Made by a program: the position numbers and the translations under genes. From Salmonella phage vB_SalM_SA002, in sequence record MN445183.1: a stretch of DNA of 40,000 nucleotides; one strand, written 5' to 3'. The notes under the pieces are model-generated. The model was not told where the DNA came from. It ran no database searches and worked only from the letters and a program-made list of their open reading frames with translations. How positions within the stretch are numbered: position 1 is the stretch's first letter; each line of letters starts with the position of its first letter. Shown here piece by piece: positions 1 through 8,125 of this stretch.

Positions 1-51
1 ATAAAGGCTCTGGCCCTTCCCTTGCGGGAAGGGCCAGGCCTTGTTTATGCC
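1..51. terminator. Long hairpin (CTGGCCCTTCCC-TTGC-GGGAAGGGCCAG, extended by AAGGC/GCCTT with one bulge), followed by TTTATGCC; 3' end signal for the minus-strand gene
   Basis: Inverted repeat read directly; located just after the stop of the minus-strand ORF 58..1452. Confidence 0.75.
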
Positions 52-57
52 AGTGAA

Positions 58-1452
58 TTATTCTTCAGAGGAAGAAGAACCTTCGCTACCTTTTGCTGCT
101 GCAGCTGCAACTTTCAGCGCCGCAGTACAAACGTTATTGACTGCGTCTGGTACTTCGAATACCAGGTTAGCCATCGCGTTCACGTATTTCTCAGGCAGTT
201 TGCAGACAGTATAGATTACTGCACCCACGCCTTTCTCTGCGTCGTTGTCGGTATTGGCGATAGCGGTGTTCAGTGCCTGAACATGCGCACGAACTTTATC
301 ACCCAGACCTTTACCCCACTGCATATTGCGAGTGATGTTCTCGGCGGCAGCACAGCACTTGACAACTTCGTTTGCGATCTTCACCGCATCAGCCGGAGTC
401 AGAGTCGCTTCGAATACCACTTTACCACCTTTCTCATCTTTCGCACGTTTCAGGCTCAGACGGTTCATGGTGATGGTTTTGATCTGGCTGGTGATCTCTG
501 GGGCGGTTTCACCTGGAGACGCTTTGTAGCGCAGGTCAAAGACAGCGTAACCACCGAGGGTTACATCAGTACGCTTCAGACTCAGCTTCGGCGTTTCTTT
601 GATTGCAACAGACGCACCTGGGTACGGAGGTGGCTGAAGGGTGTCCGCAACCGCTTTAGCTTCGCTCAGAGTCTTCACGGTTTTCAGTTTAGCCAGCGCG
701 CCAACAACCGGACCGTTAGCATACGTAGCTGCTTTGCTGAGGTAACCACTCACCAGATCGTTTACGAAACCGGTGAACTGAGACAGATCGCCTGGCAGGT
801 TGGTAGATGCCGCATTCTTCTTCGTGGCCAGGAACTTATTGCTTACGCTAACAGAGCGAGACCCGGACGCACCTTTCGCTTCGGTGATGATCGCGTTTGC
901 TTCAGTACGCAGGCGTGCAAAACGAGAGGTACTGGTTTCCAGACGACGCATGATGTTCAGGTTCATCTGAACAATGGCGCCAGCGATCTTCGAGCCAATA
1001 GTGCCTTTGGCGTCGTTCAGCGCTTCGAGACCCGTAGCGAAATAGGCAACCACAGCTTCGTTGTCGTCCAGGCTTTCCATACCGGCATTGATGTCGGTCA
1101 GGTCAGCGCCGATAGCTTCCAGTGCGGCGGCCAGTTGACCCTGAAGCAGGACCGCTACGTCACGGCTGATGGTGCCAGATTCTACGTAAGACTCCATGGA
1201 CGCGGAGATACGATCCAGCTGTTCTTCTGCGCTGATCAGAACCTGGGTTTCAACCAGATCTTCGTTCAGCGCCGCACCTGATTCAACAAAGTCGCGTTCT
1301 TCAATAGCTGAGTTACGTTCGACAACCAGGATGTTCGCTTCTTCAGCAGGAACCGGATCAGCATATACCTGATCGGCAGGTACTGGAAAAGCTTCGGGTT
1401 GATCTTCGAATGCTTCGAGACCAAGTCCGAGAATGACGTTATTAAATGACAT
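58..1452 (-). CDS. Probable internal head / virion protein, 464 aa, with acidic C-terminal tail
   Basis: Long ORF, long helical and Ala/Glu-rich sequence, small-residue-x-Glu motifs (AFE, AIE) near the N-terminus like the prohead protease sites of phiKZ-like internal proteins. Function is inference. Confidence 0.5.
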   Translation of the reverse strand: MSFNNVILGLGLEAFEDQPEAFPVPADQVYADPVPAEEANILVVERNSAIEERDFVESGAALNEDLVETQVLISAEEQLDRISASMESYVESGTISRDVAVLLQGQLAAALEAIGADLTDINAGMESLDDNEAVVAYFATGLEALNDAKGTIGSKIAGAIVQMNLNIMRRLETSTSRFARLRTEANAIITEAKGASGSRSVSVSNKFLATKKNAASTNLPGDLSQFTGFVNDLVSGYLSKAATYANGPVVGALAKLKTVKTLSEAKAVADTLQPPPYPGASVAIKETPKLSLKRTDVTLGGYAVFDLRYKASPGETAPEITSQIKTITMNRLSLKRAKDEKGGKVVFEATLTPADAVKIANEVVKCCAAAENITRNMQWGKGLGDKVRAHVQALNTAIANTDNDAEKGVGAVIYTVCKLPEKYVNAMANLVFEVPDAVNNVCTAALKVAAAAAKGSEGSSSSEE

Positions 1453-1630
1453 ACCGACTCCATTATAATCAGTTGAATGTAACGTTACGATTCATACAAT
1501 AAGCCTAGGTATCATGCGGAATCCGTGAACTATTATATGTCATAAAACTCCTCCTCTTTCCGCCCCTGATGTAGGTGGTTGGAGCGAGGGTTTATGCCGG
1601 TCGAGATATGTAATGAAATAATTATCAAGG

Positions 1631-1646
1631 CTATATTACTAGGGTG
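1631..1646 (+). promoter_or_regulatory. Early-promoter-like motif CTATATTAC-TAGG-GTG
   Basis: One of 8 copies of CTAYATTAC-N4-GTG; about 50 bp upstream of ATG 1681. Confidence 0.6.
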
Positions 1647-1680
1647 TAATGATCAAACCCTTTATAACGGAGTGCTAAAC

Positions 1681-2445
1681 ATGTACGCAAAAATTACCGA
1701 GAACCTGTATCTGGTCCATAACGCAAAAGAATTCGATGACCTGATCGATGGCCGTTGTCCGTCGGCCCAGCTCATAAAACCGGAAGGTTACGTACCTGAC
1801 GAATTGGAACTGATGTACCCCACCCGTATTCAGCTGATGGCCGACTATCCGGTTCTGGTGGTATTTGACCCCATTGTTGACGGTGACGCATGGACCGGTT
1901 TCAAGTGGGATATTGTACCGATAGGGAAAGTGATTGGTGGGTTGGGTGATATCAAGCAGCTGAACATGCGCAAAGACTTTGATGGATTTATCAGCGCCTG
2001 TAAATCCTGCGTACCGTTTAACCAACCCCGCATTCTGTTGACAGGAATCACAATCAGCCAACGTAAGAACACACAACCTATCGGGCTCATTGCCCATGTC
2101 CACCGTACACATAATCCAGATCTGATGGCGGCCATTGCCCGCATGGGTGAACACAGCGCCAAGCTTAAGACCTTGCGCATTGTGTTTGGTGACGGTAAGT
2201 TCCATGGCAGTATTGAGCAGCACGATGAGATGATGTTCGTTACCCAGATTCGCGATATCACCGATCTTATCGCCAATGTTCGCATGAACCCTGAAACCGG
2301 GAAGTTCGATGCTGACTATATCTTCAACCATTACGACTTCTTTAATACGGTGCCAGAATTGGCTGGTTATAAAGACATGATGAAGTGGGAAGTTACCGTG
2401 TCTACCAGTATCCAATCAACCTTTGACGCCGGCCAGAAAGATTAA
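1681..2445 (+). CDS. Hypothetical protein (MYAKITENLYLVHNAKEFDDL...)
   Basis: In-frame ATG at 1681 with CGGAG ribosome-binding site; the ORF-track start at 1579 would overlap the promoter motif. Confidence 0.8.
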   Translation: MYAKITENLYLVHNAKEFDDLIDGRCPSAQLIKPEGYVPDELELMYPTRIQLMADYPVLVVFDPIVDGDAWTGFKWDIVPIGKVIGGLGDIKQLNMRKDFDGFISACKSCVPFNQPRILLTGITISQRKNTQPIGLIAHVHRTHNPDLMAAIARMGEHSAKLKTLRIVFGDGKFHGSIEQHDEMMFVTQIRDITDLIANVRMNPETGKFDADYIFNHYDFFNTVPELAGYKDMMKWEVTVSTSIQSTFDAGQKD

Positions 2446-2466
2446 GAACGACTTGGGATTATCATT

Positions 2467-2898
2467 ATGAAAGAGCAAGAGAACATTTATTTCGAAGCAT
2501 TGAGCCTTACTGCTTTCGATGCATTCAAGGAACAACACAATGTTGAACAGTGGATGCATATTCGTATTCCTGATTTGGCGTTGCGTGGAAAAGACAGCCG
2601 CTTTAGTGATACCGGCAAGCTTATCTTTAAAACCTCGTACACTGACAATCATGGCGCTAATCGGACGTACATCTACAACCCAGGCATCGATCTGGGGCTT
2701 GTGCCAAACGACGACGGGTTATATGACCTGAGTGGTATCTACGTCGAATTGATGTGGTCGCCGAACTTTGGGTCCTTCCTGGTGTTTATTAATATTCCTC
2801 ATCAGGGCGCATTGGTATACCGTGGGATTACCGACCACGCCGCAAAGAAACCCAACGGGATGTCAGTGTGCATCACTCGTGTTACGGAGGTCGCATGA
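2467..2898 (+). CDS. Hypothetical protein, 143 aa
   Basis: ORF, operon context. Confidence 0.75.
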   Translation: MKEQENIYFEALSLTAFDAFKEQHNVEQWMHIRIPDLALRGKDSRFSDTGKLIFKTSYTDNHGANRTYIYNPGIDLGLVPNDDGLYDLSGIYVELMWSPNFGSFLVFINIPHQGALVYRGITDHAAKKPNGMSVCITRVTEVA

Positions 2899-3152
2899 CG
2901 GTTCTGCAATTGCAGTTAAACAACAAACGTGGGTTTGTGCTTACCACACCAAAGCAGGCCTGCCCTAACAGTGTTAAGTTATTGGAAGGCGAATTTAAAG
3001 TTGAGAACGATCGCTTTACGTTAGGCAACGTTGAGTTAGCGCGCATTAGTGATAATGGTGTAAAACTTAACAGCAACGTTTTGACGAACGGTGTCGGTGA
3101 TATTCGCCAAATTGTCCAACAGCTTCGCTATTATCTCCAGGTATGGTGTTAG
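2895..3152 (+). CDS. Hypothetical protein (MTVLQLQLNNKRGFVLTTPKQ...)
   Basis: ATGA overlap with the preceding stop. Confidence 0.7.
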   Translation: MTVLQLQLNNKRGFVLTTPKQACPNSVKLLEGEFKVENDRFTLGNVELARISDNGVKLNSNVLTNGVGDIRQIVQQLRYYLQVWC

Positions 3153-3402
3153 TAAAAAGTTACTAAGTTATTGTTTACTATGTGAACAATAACTACAATA
3201 CATCTGGGTAGGCCCTCATTAGGGGACGTGGCTACGATTCACCGCGTCCCTTATTTTTTTTTTTATTCTGTTCTGTTTAGCGAAACCGTTAACCACAACA
3301 GAATCGGTGTGCTGATTAAATTGATATGTGACGTTCCATCCCCTTGTGCTCATACGCTCCCACGTTCACATTGTCAGCACACTACCCTATTAAGGAGTCA
3401 CC

Positions 3403-3525
3403 ATGCCGTTAGGAAACACCGGCCCGTACTGGACCAAACAACAAGCTTTTACTATCCAGAAAGCGATGCGCACGCCTAATCCAACAATGCGTAAAGCAAT
3501 GCTTCGTTCTGTTAAGAAGCGTTAG
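3403..3525 (+). CDS. Small basic protein, 40 aa (MPLGNTGPYWTKQQAFTIQKAMRTPNPTMRKAMLRSVKKR)
   Basis: AAGGAG ribosome-binding site upstream; below the ORF-track length cut-off. Confidence 0.55.
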   Translation: MPLGNTGPYWTKQQAFTIQKAMRTPNPTMRKAMLRSVKKR

Positions 3526-3593
3526 GTTGCCGGGGATGTGTTCCGAGTGTAGACGGACCATCCTCTCTTTTTTTTTGTATTCAGGAGTTCTGT

Positions 3594-3731
3594 ATGGTTA
3601 ACAAACAGGAATCCCTTATTCGCATGCTGGCTTTAGCCAATCGCCTGAATAACATCGTTGTTGAGATGCAGGTACGCAAAGCACAGATGTTGGCTCGTGG
3701 TGACACGTCACGCAAAACCGAGCCCCAGTAA
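3594..3731 (+). CDS. Small hypothetical protein, 45 aa (MVNKQESLIRMLALANRLNNIVVEMQVRKAQ...)
   Basis: AGGAG ribosome-binding site; coherent helical peptide. Confidence 0.55.
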   Translation: MVNKQESLIRMLALANRLNNIVVEMQVRKAQMLARGDTSRKTEPQ

Positions 3732-3821
3732 TCGTCTTACGAGACACGCGGATACGTCCGCATCCCGCCCTTACGAGGGCATACCACTAGAAACAGCACC
3801 ATTACCATTAGGAGCATTACC

Positions 3822-4826
3822 ATGAATAGCCTCGTTGCTAAGATTATGTCCAAAGAAGATCTGCCGGATAGCGATGCGCGTAAAACGTATTCGTTATATC
3901 CGATTCCACCTCACTGCTTGATTTCGTTCCGTCGCGGTGAACAAGCTCCAGAATTATTACTGGAATCTAAAGAAGACAACCTCCCGAGCACAATTATCCC
4001 GCTGACCGATTGCGGTAACGTGTATATCCTCGGCGACGGTAAAACTATTTCGACTTTCTGTCCAGATCCTTATCCCGTCGTACCACGTAGTGTTACCGGT
4101 GTAACCGTGGAAACTCGTGGCGGGGATCTGGCTATTAAAGCAGGTAACGACAGCGCCGGTCTGCAAATCCGGGGTTCGGGTGAAATCCATTTATCGTCAC
4201 CAAAGTTGTCCGTGGCATCTAGCCAACCTATTAACGTTCCGCACCCTAACGTGTACAATGACGTGTTAGAACTGCTGAACCTGATGGCACTGCCGAGTAC
4301 GTATCCGATGGCCGGCGTGTGGAACGCCGAAATCGCCAAAGGCTTTGCAGAACGTTATGATCCTGTCGGCAACGACGGCATCACCCTGCATATTACGCTG
4401 TCCGATATTACACCACCCGAAAGCGCTACCACTATCGCTAACTACCGTAACCGCGTTAATGACGCTTTGTTGAACTACAAACAACCGTATCGTGCAACAC
4501 TAATTGATCAGGACGCTAAAGGTTATTTCGTGACTTTGGTCCCTGCAACACTTCCACGTGATGTTGCAGGCGTGACCCAAACCGATAAAACTGCGTTAGA
4601 TGATCGCGGGTTAACCGGGCTGATCAACAACCAGATGTTGCGTGCCTTTAAGTTAATCGCACTTGGCGCTCGTACCATGGTACTGTCACCTCGGATGATC
4701 ATTGGCACTGAAGAAGGCGCTGCGATTAAAGAGGTTTTCAAACAGCGCAACAAACTGGCTGTGACCCTTGTACAGCAAGGTCAGCATGTTCTTATGATGA
4801 AGTTTAACAACATCACTGAAGCGTAA
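3822..4826 (+). CDS. Hypothetical protein, 334 aa
   Basis: Long ORF with ATTAGGAG ribosome-binding site and terminator downstream. Confidence 0.85.
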   Translation: MNSLVAKIMSKEDLPDSDARKTYSLYPIPPHCLISFRRGEQAPELLLESKEDNLPSTIIPLTDCGNVYILGDGKTISTFCPDPYPVVPRSVTGVTVETRGGDLAIKAGNDSAGLQIRGSGEIHLSSPKLSVASSQPINVPHPNVYNDVLELLNLMALPSTYPMAGVWNAEIAKGFAERYDPVGNDGITLHITLSDITPPESATTIANYRNRVNDALLNYKQPYRATLIDQDAKGYFVTLVPATLPRDVAGVTQTDKTALDDRGLTGLINNQMLRAFKLIALGARTMVLSPRMIIGTEEGAAIKEVFKQRNKLAVTLVQQGQHVLMMKFNNITEA

Positions 4827-4832
4827 GAGTAA

Positions 4833-4893
4833 AGGGGTTGTGGTGCCGACTGTCGGGGTCCGGTATCTGCAACCCCTTTCTCTTTTTTATGCC
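4833..4893 (+). terminator. Hairpin AAAGGGGTTG...CAACCCCTTT then T-tract and TTTATGCC
   Basis: Inverted repeat plus T-run directly after the CDS. Confidence 0.75.
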
Positions 4894-5062
4894 CATTAAA
4901 TAACAAGGACTTATCATGATTTGCACAGCTGGCGCAGTTGGTATACGGCAAGCAGTAAATAGGTATTTGTAATTAATTACATATCCACCCCTTTCTATGT
5001 TAGGTAGCTACGTTCGAGGTTCTTAGGATCATCCGAGTAGCTCACCTACACACGGAGGTTAT

Positions 5063-5176
5063 ATGCGTTTGTCTAAACAAGCATTGGCGCGTCAACGTTT
5101 AGCGCAGTTAAACATGTGGTTAATGATTTGTGGCTTCAAGCCGATATGGACTAACGAAACCCTCAAAGAAGAATAA
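5063..5176 (+). CDS. Small hypothetical protein, 37 aa (MRLSKQALARQRLAQLNMWLMICGFKPIWTNETLKEE)
   Basis: ACGGAGG ribosome-binding site. Confidence 0.5.
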   Translation: MRLSKQALARQRLAQLNMWLMICGFKPIWTNETLKEE

Positions 5177-5219
5177 ACCAGCCAATTATAAACTTATAAC
5201 AAATAAAAAGGTAATTAGA

Positions 5220-5879
5220 ATGTCAACTGAAATGACAGTCACGCGTGCTATCGCCACGCAGAAAGCGTTAACCGCACGTATTGCCGATGCCGTAAACAAC
5301 CTGACCCTGGTGGTTCCTACTCGTGGTGAAGGTGATTACCGTGAAGTAGAAGGTTTTAAAGGCACGATTGCTGAGTGCGAAGAAAAGATCAAAGCCGCCT
5401 GGCAACGTTACGAAGACTACGTTGCACTGCGCGATGATATCCGTGCTGCGCTGGTGAAATCCAACGCCACCACAACCATCACCATTTGCGGTAAGCAGAT
5501 GACGATCGTTGAAGCACTGGACTACCGTAACACCATCGGCGAGCGCCAGGCTCTGCTGAAGCGTCTGAAGGCTAACCTGACTCAAGTGACTAATCACTAT
5601 GACAACCAGTTTAACCAACATCAGGCCGCGCTGGGTAATATCCGTAATGAAGCACTGAACAACAACAAGAAGATCGATGAGAACTTCGAAGCGATGTTCA
5701 TTACGCCGCGTAATCAGACGCACAAACCTGACATTCTGAACCCTCTGAATGTCGCCGACATCATCGAGAAGATGGAAAAAGAGATTGCTGACTTCGCACT
5801 GAACGTCGACTACGCGCTCTCTGAATCAAATGCCGTGACCAAGATCAAGGTCGAAAACCGCGGCAATCTGTTAGTGTAA
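5220..5879 (+). CDS. Hypothetical coiled-coil protein, 219 aa (MSTEMTVTRAIATQKALTARIADAVNNL...)
   Basis: Long ORF; internal ATG at 5220 fits better than the track start at 5130, which overlaps the 5063 ORF. Confidence 0.8.
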   Translation: MSTEMTVTRAIATQKALTARIADAVNNLTLVVPTRGEGDYREVEGFKGTIAECEEKIKAAWQRYEDYVALRDDIRAALVKSNATTTITICGKQMTIVEALDYRNTIGERQALLKRLKANLTQVTNHYDNQFNQHQAALGNIRNEALNNNKKIDENFEAMFITPRNQTHKPDILNPLNVADIIEKMEKEIADFALNVDYALSESNAVTKIKVENRGNLLV

Positions 5880-5970
5880 TTTAAAATCTTGCTTTCGCTT
5901 TGCGGGTTAACAAACACCGCCCTCCTACGAGCCGGATCGGAGGTTAAATAACCGGCTCACAACTATACAG

Positions 5971-6053
5971 TTAAAACTTTAGGTCGTGGGTTCGAATCCC
6001 ATTGTACGGGCCATAATACCCGTTCATAGCTCAGGTGGGTAGAGCAAAAGTTC
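5971..6053 (+). tRNA. Circularly permuted tRNA gene candidate: 3' half (5971-6013, ending GCCA) upstream of 5' half (6020-6053)
   Basis: T-arm GTGGG-TTCGAAT-CCCAT, acceptor strand TGTACGG, G73, CCA; then TAATAC spacer; acceptor strand CCGTTCA (6/7 pairs), D-arm GCTC-AGGTGGGTA-GAGC (4/4), anticodon strand AAAGT pairing with upstream ACTTT (5/5). No D-arm upstream of the 3' half and no T-arm closely downstream of the 5' half. Confidence 0.7.
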
Positions 6054-6329
6054 AAACAAGCCATTGCGAGGCGCATAGACTGATCCACTTTGACGGATCA
6101 CCTCTATAACGCTGTAAAGGTGTAACGTATACGTTGTAAAGTTAAAAAGGTTTAAACTATTAACGCTTTAAGTTATAGGCCCCGTGAGGGCTATAAAGCA
6201 ATAAACCTTTATAAATTCCTGGTCAAAGGGTCGGACTACGGTTCGGATGTGGGTTGCAGGTTCGCCACAGTTACGCCTCCAGGTCTGCTTAGCGGAAGCA
6301 AGATTTTACCCTCTTTAAGGCATACGGTC

Positions 6330-6503
6330 ATGATTGAGTTCTTTAAGACCTTATGGAAACGCCATCACTGCCAGCATGCATGGACTCGTCTACGGACCAT
6401 CCATGGTGACGAAATCAATCACCGTAACGGCGCACGCAGTGAATGGGAATGTGACAAATGTGGAAAGTGGAAGTTAAGTAAATACTTGGACAACCACGAA
6501 TAA
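6330..6503 (+). CDS. Small putative zinc-binding protein, 57 aa (MIEFFKTLWKRHHCQHAW...WECDKCGKWKLSKYL)
   Basis: ORF with C/H...CxxC pattern; internal start at 6330. Confidence 0.55.
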   Translation: MIEFFKTLWKRHHCQHAWTRLRTIHGDEINHRNGARSEWECDKCGKWKLSKYLDNHE

Positions 6504-6509
6504 CGAATT

Positions 6510-6701
6510 ACGGTCATCTGCTTAGGTGACCGTTACCAGTAAGGGCGGCTCGTAACCCGCCTCGGTGGTCGAGGGCATCGTGCGAAGGGAGTGGGGTTGG
6601 ATTCCCCATGATAAGTCTTTGGGACAATAATCCCAGAGTAACTCTGTGGAGACATATGACCCCGGCGGCCAGCCGGTTAAACATTGTGCGGAATCACAAT
6701 G
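6510..6701 (+). ncRNA. Dense array of hairpins, candidate structured non-coding RNA
   Basis: Stems ACGGTCA/TGACCGT, GGCGG/CCGCC, TGGGG/CCCCA (T-arm-like), GGGA/TCCC, CAGAG/CTCTG, CCGGC/GCCGG, CATTGTG/CACAATG in under 200 nt; no ORF. Confidence 0.45.
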
Positions 6702-6717
6702 AGGGGCAACAAACAAA

Positions 6718-6788
6718 CGCCATGTAGCTCAGTGTTAGAGTACTTGCGGGTTGACGGGAGGTCGCAGGTTAAAATCCTGCCTTTGCAT
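6718..6788 (+). tRNA. tRNA-like sequence with mismatched acceptor and anticodon arms (degenerate or chimeric)
   Basis: D-arm GCTC-AGTGTTA-GAGT and T-arm GCAGG-TTAAAAT-CCTGC intact; acceptor CGCCATG versus CTTTGCA pairs poorly; anticodon strands CTTGC/ACGGG pair poorly. Confidence 0.4.
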
Positions 6789-6824
6789 ACTTGAGTGCTG
6801 CGGCTTACGCTCGCGTGCCTCTTG

Positions 6825-6899
6825 ATGATTGTAGCTCAGCCATATAGAGCGCCCGTATCGATGCTTGAGGTCCCTGGTTCAACTCCAGGCTTGGCGACC
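6825..6899 (+). tRNA. tRNA-like sequence with mismatched acceptor and anticodon arms (degenerate or chimeric)
   Basis: D-arm GCTC-AGCCATATA-GAGC and T-arm CCTGG-TTCAACT-CCAGG intact; own acceptor strands ATGATTG/CTTGGCG do not pair. Confidence 0.4.
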
Positions 6900-6909
6900 T
6901 ATATTTGCT

Positions 6910-6987
6910 GTCAGAAGGTGCGGGTTTAAATCCCGTCGTCCCTCGCCGTATGGGGAAGGGCGGAGTTCGGCATGATGAATAGCTGAC
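6910..6987 (+). tRNA. Second permuted tRNA candidate: 3' half (6910-6944) upstream of 5' half (6956-6987)
   Basis: GTCAG-AAGGT-GCGGG-TTTAAAT-CCCGT-CGTCCCT then AAGGGCG-GA-GTTC..GAAT-AG-CTGAC; anticodon stem 5/5, acceptor 6/7 counting one G.T; D-loop is non-canonical and there is no encoded CCA. Confidence 0.35.
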
Positions 6988-7155
6988 GGCAATCTAATTT
7001 TGAGATGAATGTTCGACACTGGACACCTGTAATGGCCAGATGGCGGGGAATAGGAAACTTGGGATCGGTTGAAAGTACACCGACGAATACCCGACACCAC
7101 GACCAACCGCGTGGCATCTCAAAATTAACAACACCAACACCAGGGAGAAGCTTCT

Positions 7156-7740
7156 ATGGCAGCCATCAATTACGATGCGATTGCGCAAGAACTCAAACGC
7201 GGCTTAGTTAAGCCAGACAGTAGCATTGCGATGGGTTTAGGTCCGAATAAAGAGACCGTGTTGAGAGAGTTGTTTACCTTAGGTATGGGCGGCCCACGTC
7301 AAACCGGTAAAACCAAATGGATGATCGAAAGCCTTATTCGTGATCCAAACTCTCGCTTGATTGCACTCAACACAACCATGCGCGAAGCTATCATCACCCA
7401 GCTGTCAGCTTATTCGTCACTGGATCAAAACCGTGAAGGTGATAAACCACAACCGAATGCTATTTGGCATTGCGGTGGTATTGGTTGGGTTCCTATCCAC
7501 GAAGAAGCGGCTGAGTTGATTCGCAACGATCCTGAAGTTGTCGAGCAAGCAAAGTGTCGGATTGTTACAGCACGCACCCTGCGTGATCTGATTAATAAAG
7601 ACGAAGCTTTCCCCATCGGAATTAGTCAGGTCTTCGTTGATCAGCGTTTACAAGTGTGTAGCTTGATCCGACTTGCTAAATATTATACGTGGTTAGCCAA
7701 GCAATCAGATGAGTATACCCTGACCTGGCTGATCGACTAA
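7156..7740 (+). CDS. P-loop NTPase-like protein, 194 aa
   Basis: Walker A GPRQTGKT; AGGGAG ribosome-binding site. Confidence 0.65.
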   Translation: MAAINYDAIAQELKRGLVKPDSSIAMGLGPNKETVLRELFTLGMGGPRQTGKTKWMIESLIRDPNSRLIALNTTMREAIITQLSAYSSLDQNREGDKPQPNAIWHCGGIGWVPIHEEAAELIRNDPEVVEQAKCRIVTARTLRDLINKDEAFPIGISQVFVDQRLQVCSLIRLAKYYTWLAKQSDEYTLTWLID

Positions 7741-7748
7741 AAGAATTC

Positions 7749-7834
7749 GCCGGAGTGGGTGAGTGGTTAAAACCAGGAGACTGTAAATCTCCCGCCTTCG
7801 GGCTTCGATAGTTCGAAACTATCCTCCGGCACCA
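7749..7834 (+). tRNA. tRNA-Tyr (anticodon GTA)
   Basis: Acceptor GCCGGAG/CTCCGGC, anticodon stem GGAGA/TCTCC with loop CTGTAAA, class II variable arm CGCCTTCGGG, T-arm GATAG-TTCGAAA-CTATC, encoded ACCA. Confidence 0.95.
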
Positions 7835-7857
7835 ACTTTGTTCAGGTAAACACGACA

Positions 7858-8125
7858 CGAGCTTGGCTGATAACCAACTCGCAGCGATAGTAGCTTAGAC
7901 CTACGGCATGACCGTAAGCCCGTAGCAGCCGAGCACACAAAGAACTACTGCTTATCCGGTAGGTGCTCGATCGTTGAAACATTATTCGATACGACAAGGC
8001 CTACACAGCCAACCGTCAAAACCGAATTGACCCTGCGGCCATCACCTAATACACACGTAGCCGATGCGCGAAGACGTGATGGTGAAAGAGCGGCTGGTGT
8101 CATAGATCCGGGTACGTCCCGGATC
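7858..8125 (+). ncRNA. Candidate structured non-coding RNA between tRNA-Tyr and the next CDS
   Basis: Ordered perfect stems: CGAG(C)TTGG-CTGATAA-CCAACTCG, CTACGG/CCGTAG, GAGCAC..CTAC/GTAG-GTGCTC, CCATCAC/GTGATGG, GATCCGGG-TACGT-CCCGGATC. Confidence 0.5.

Noticed and set aside
22-1281. 419-aa plus-strand ORF opposite 58..1452
   Set aside because: Antisense shadow of the minus-strand gene, composition unlike a real protein, overlaps the terminator.
5971-6053. Ochre suppressor tRNA (anticodon TTA)
   Set aside because: TTA falls at 34-36 only if the loop is taken from the 3' half; U33 is missing and genes here use TAA as a normal stop. Anticodon remains undefined.
5880-6240. Permuted group I intron around the permuted tRNA
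   Set aside because: GGCGCATAGACTG at ~6070 resembles a group I P7/R element and the 3' half is preceded by a G like an omega-G. However, only ~20 nt separate the 5' half from it, leaving no room for P3-P6, and no matching P7 3' strand (AGTC) was found. Not supported by eye; a covariance search is needed.
6249-6290. T-arm-like text GGGTTGCAGGTTCGCCACAG...GCCTCCA
   Set aside because: No proper 3' T-stem strand and no matching acceptor or D-arm; at most a remnant.
6522-7211. Several 64-75 aa ORFs on both strands over the tRNA/ncRNA region
   Set aside because: They overlap RNA structures, mutually overlap, and have no ribosome-binding sites or coherent composition.
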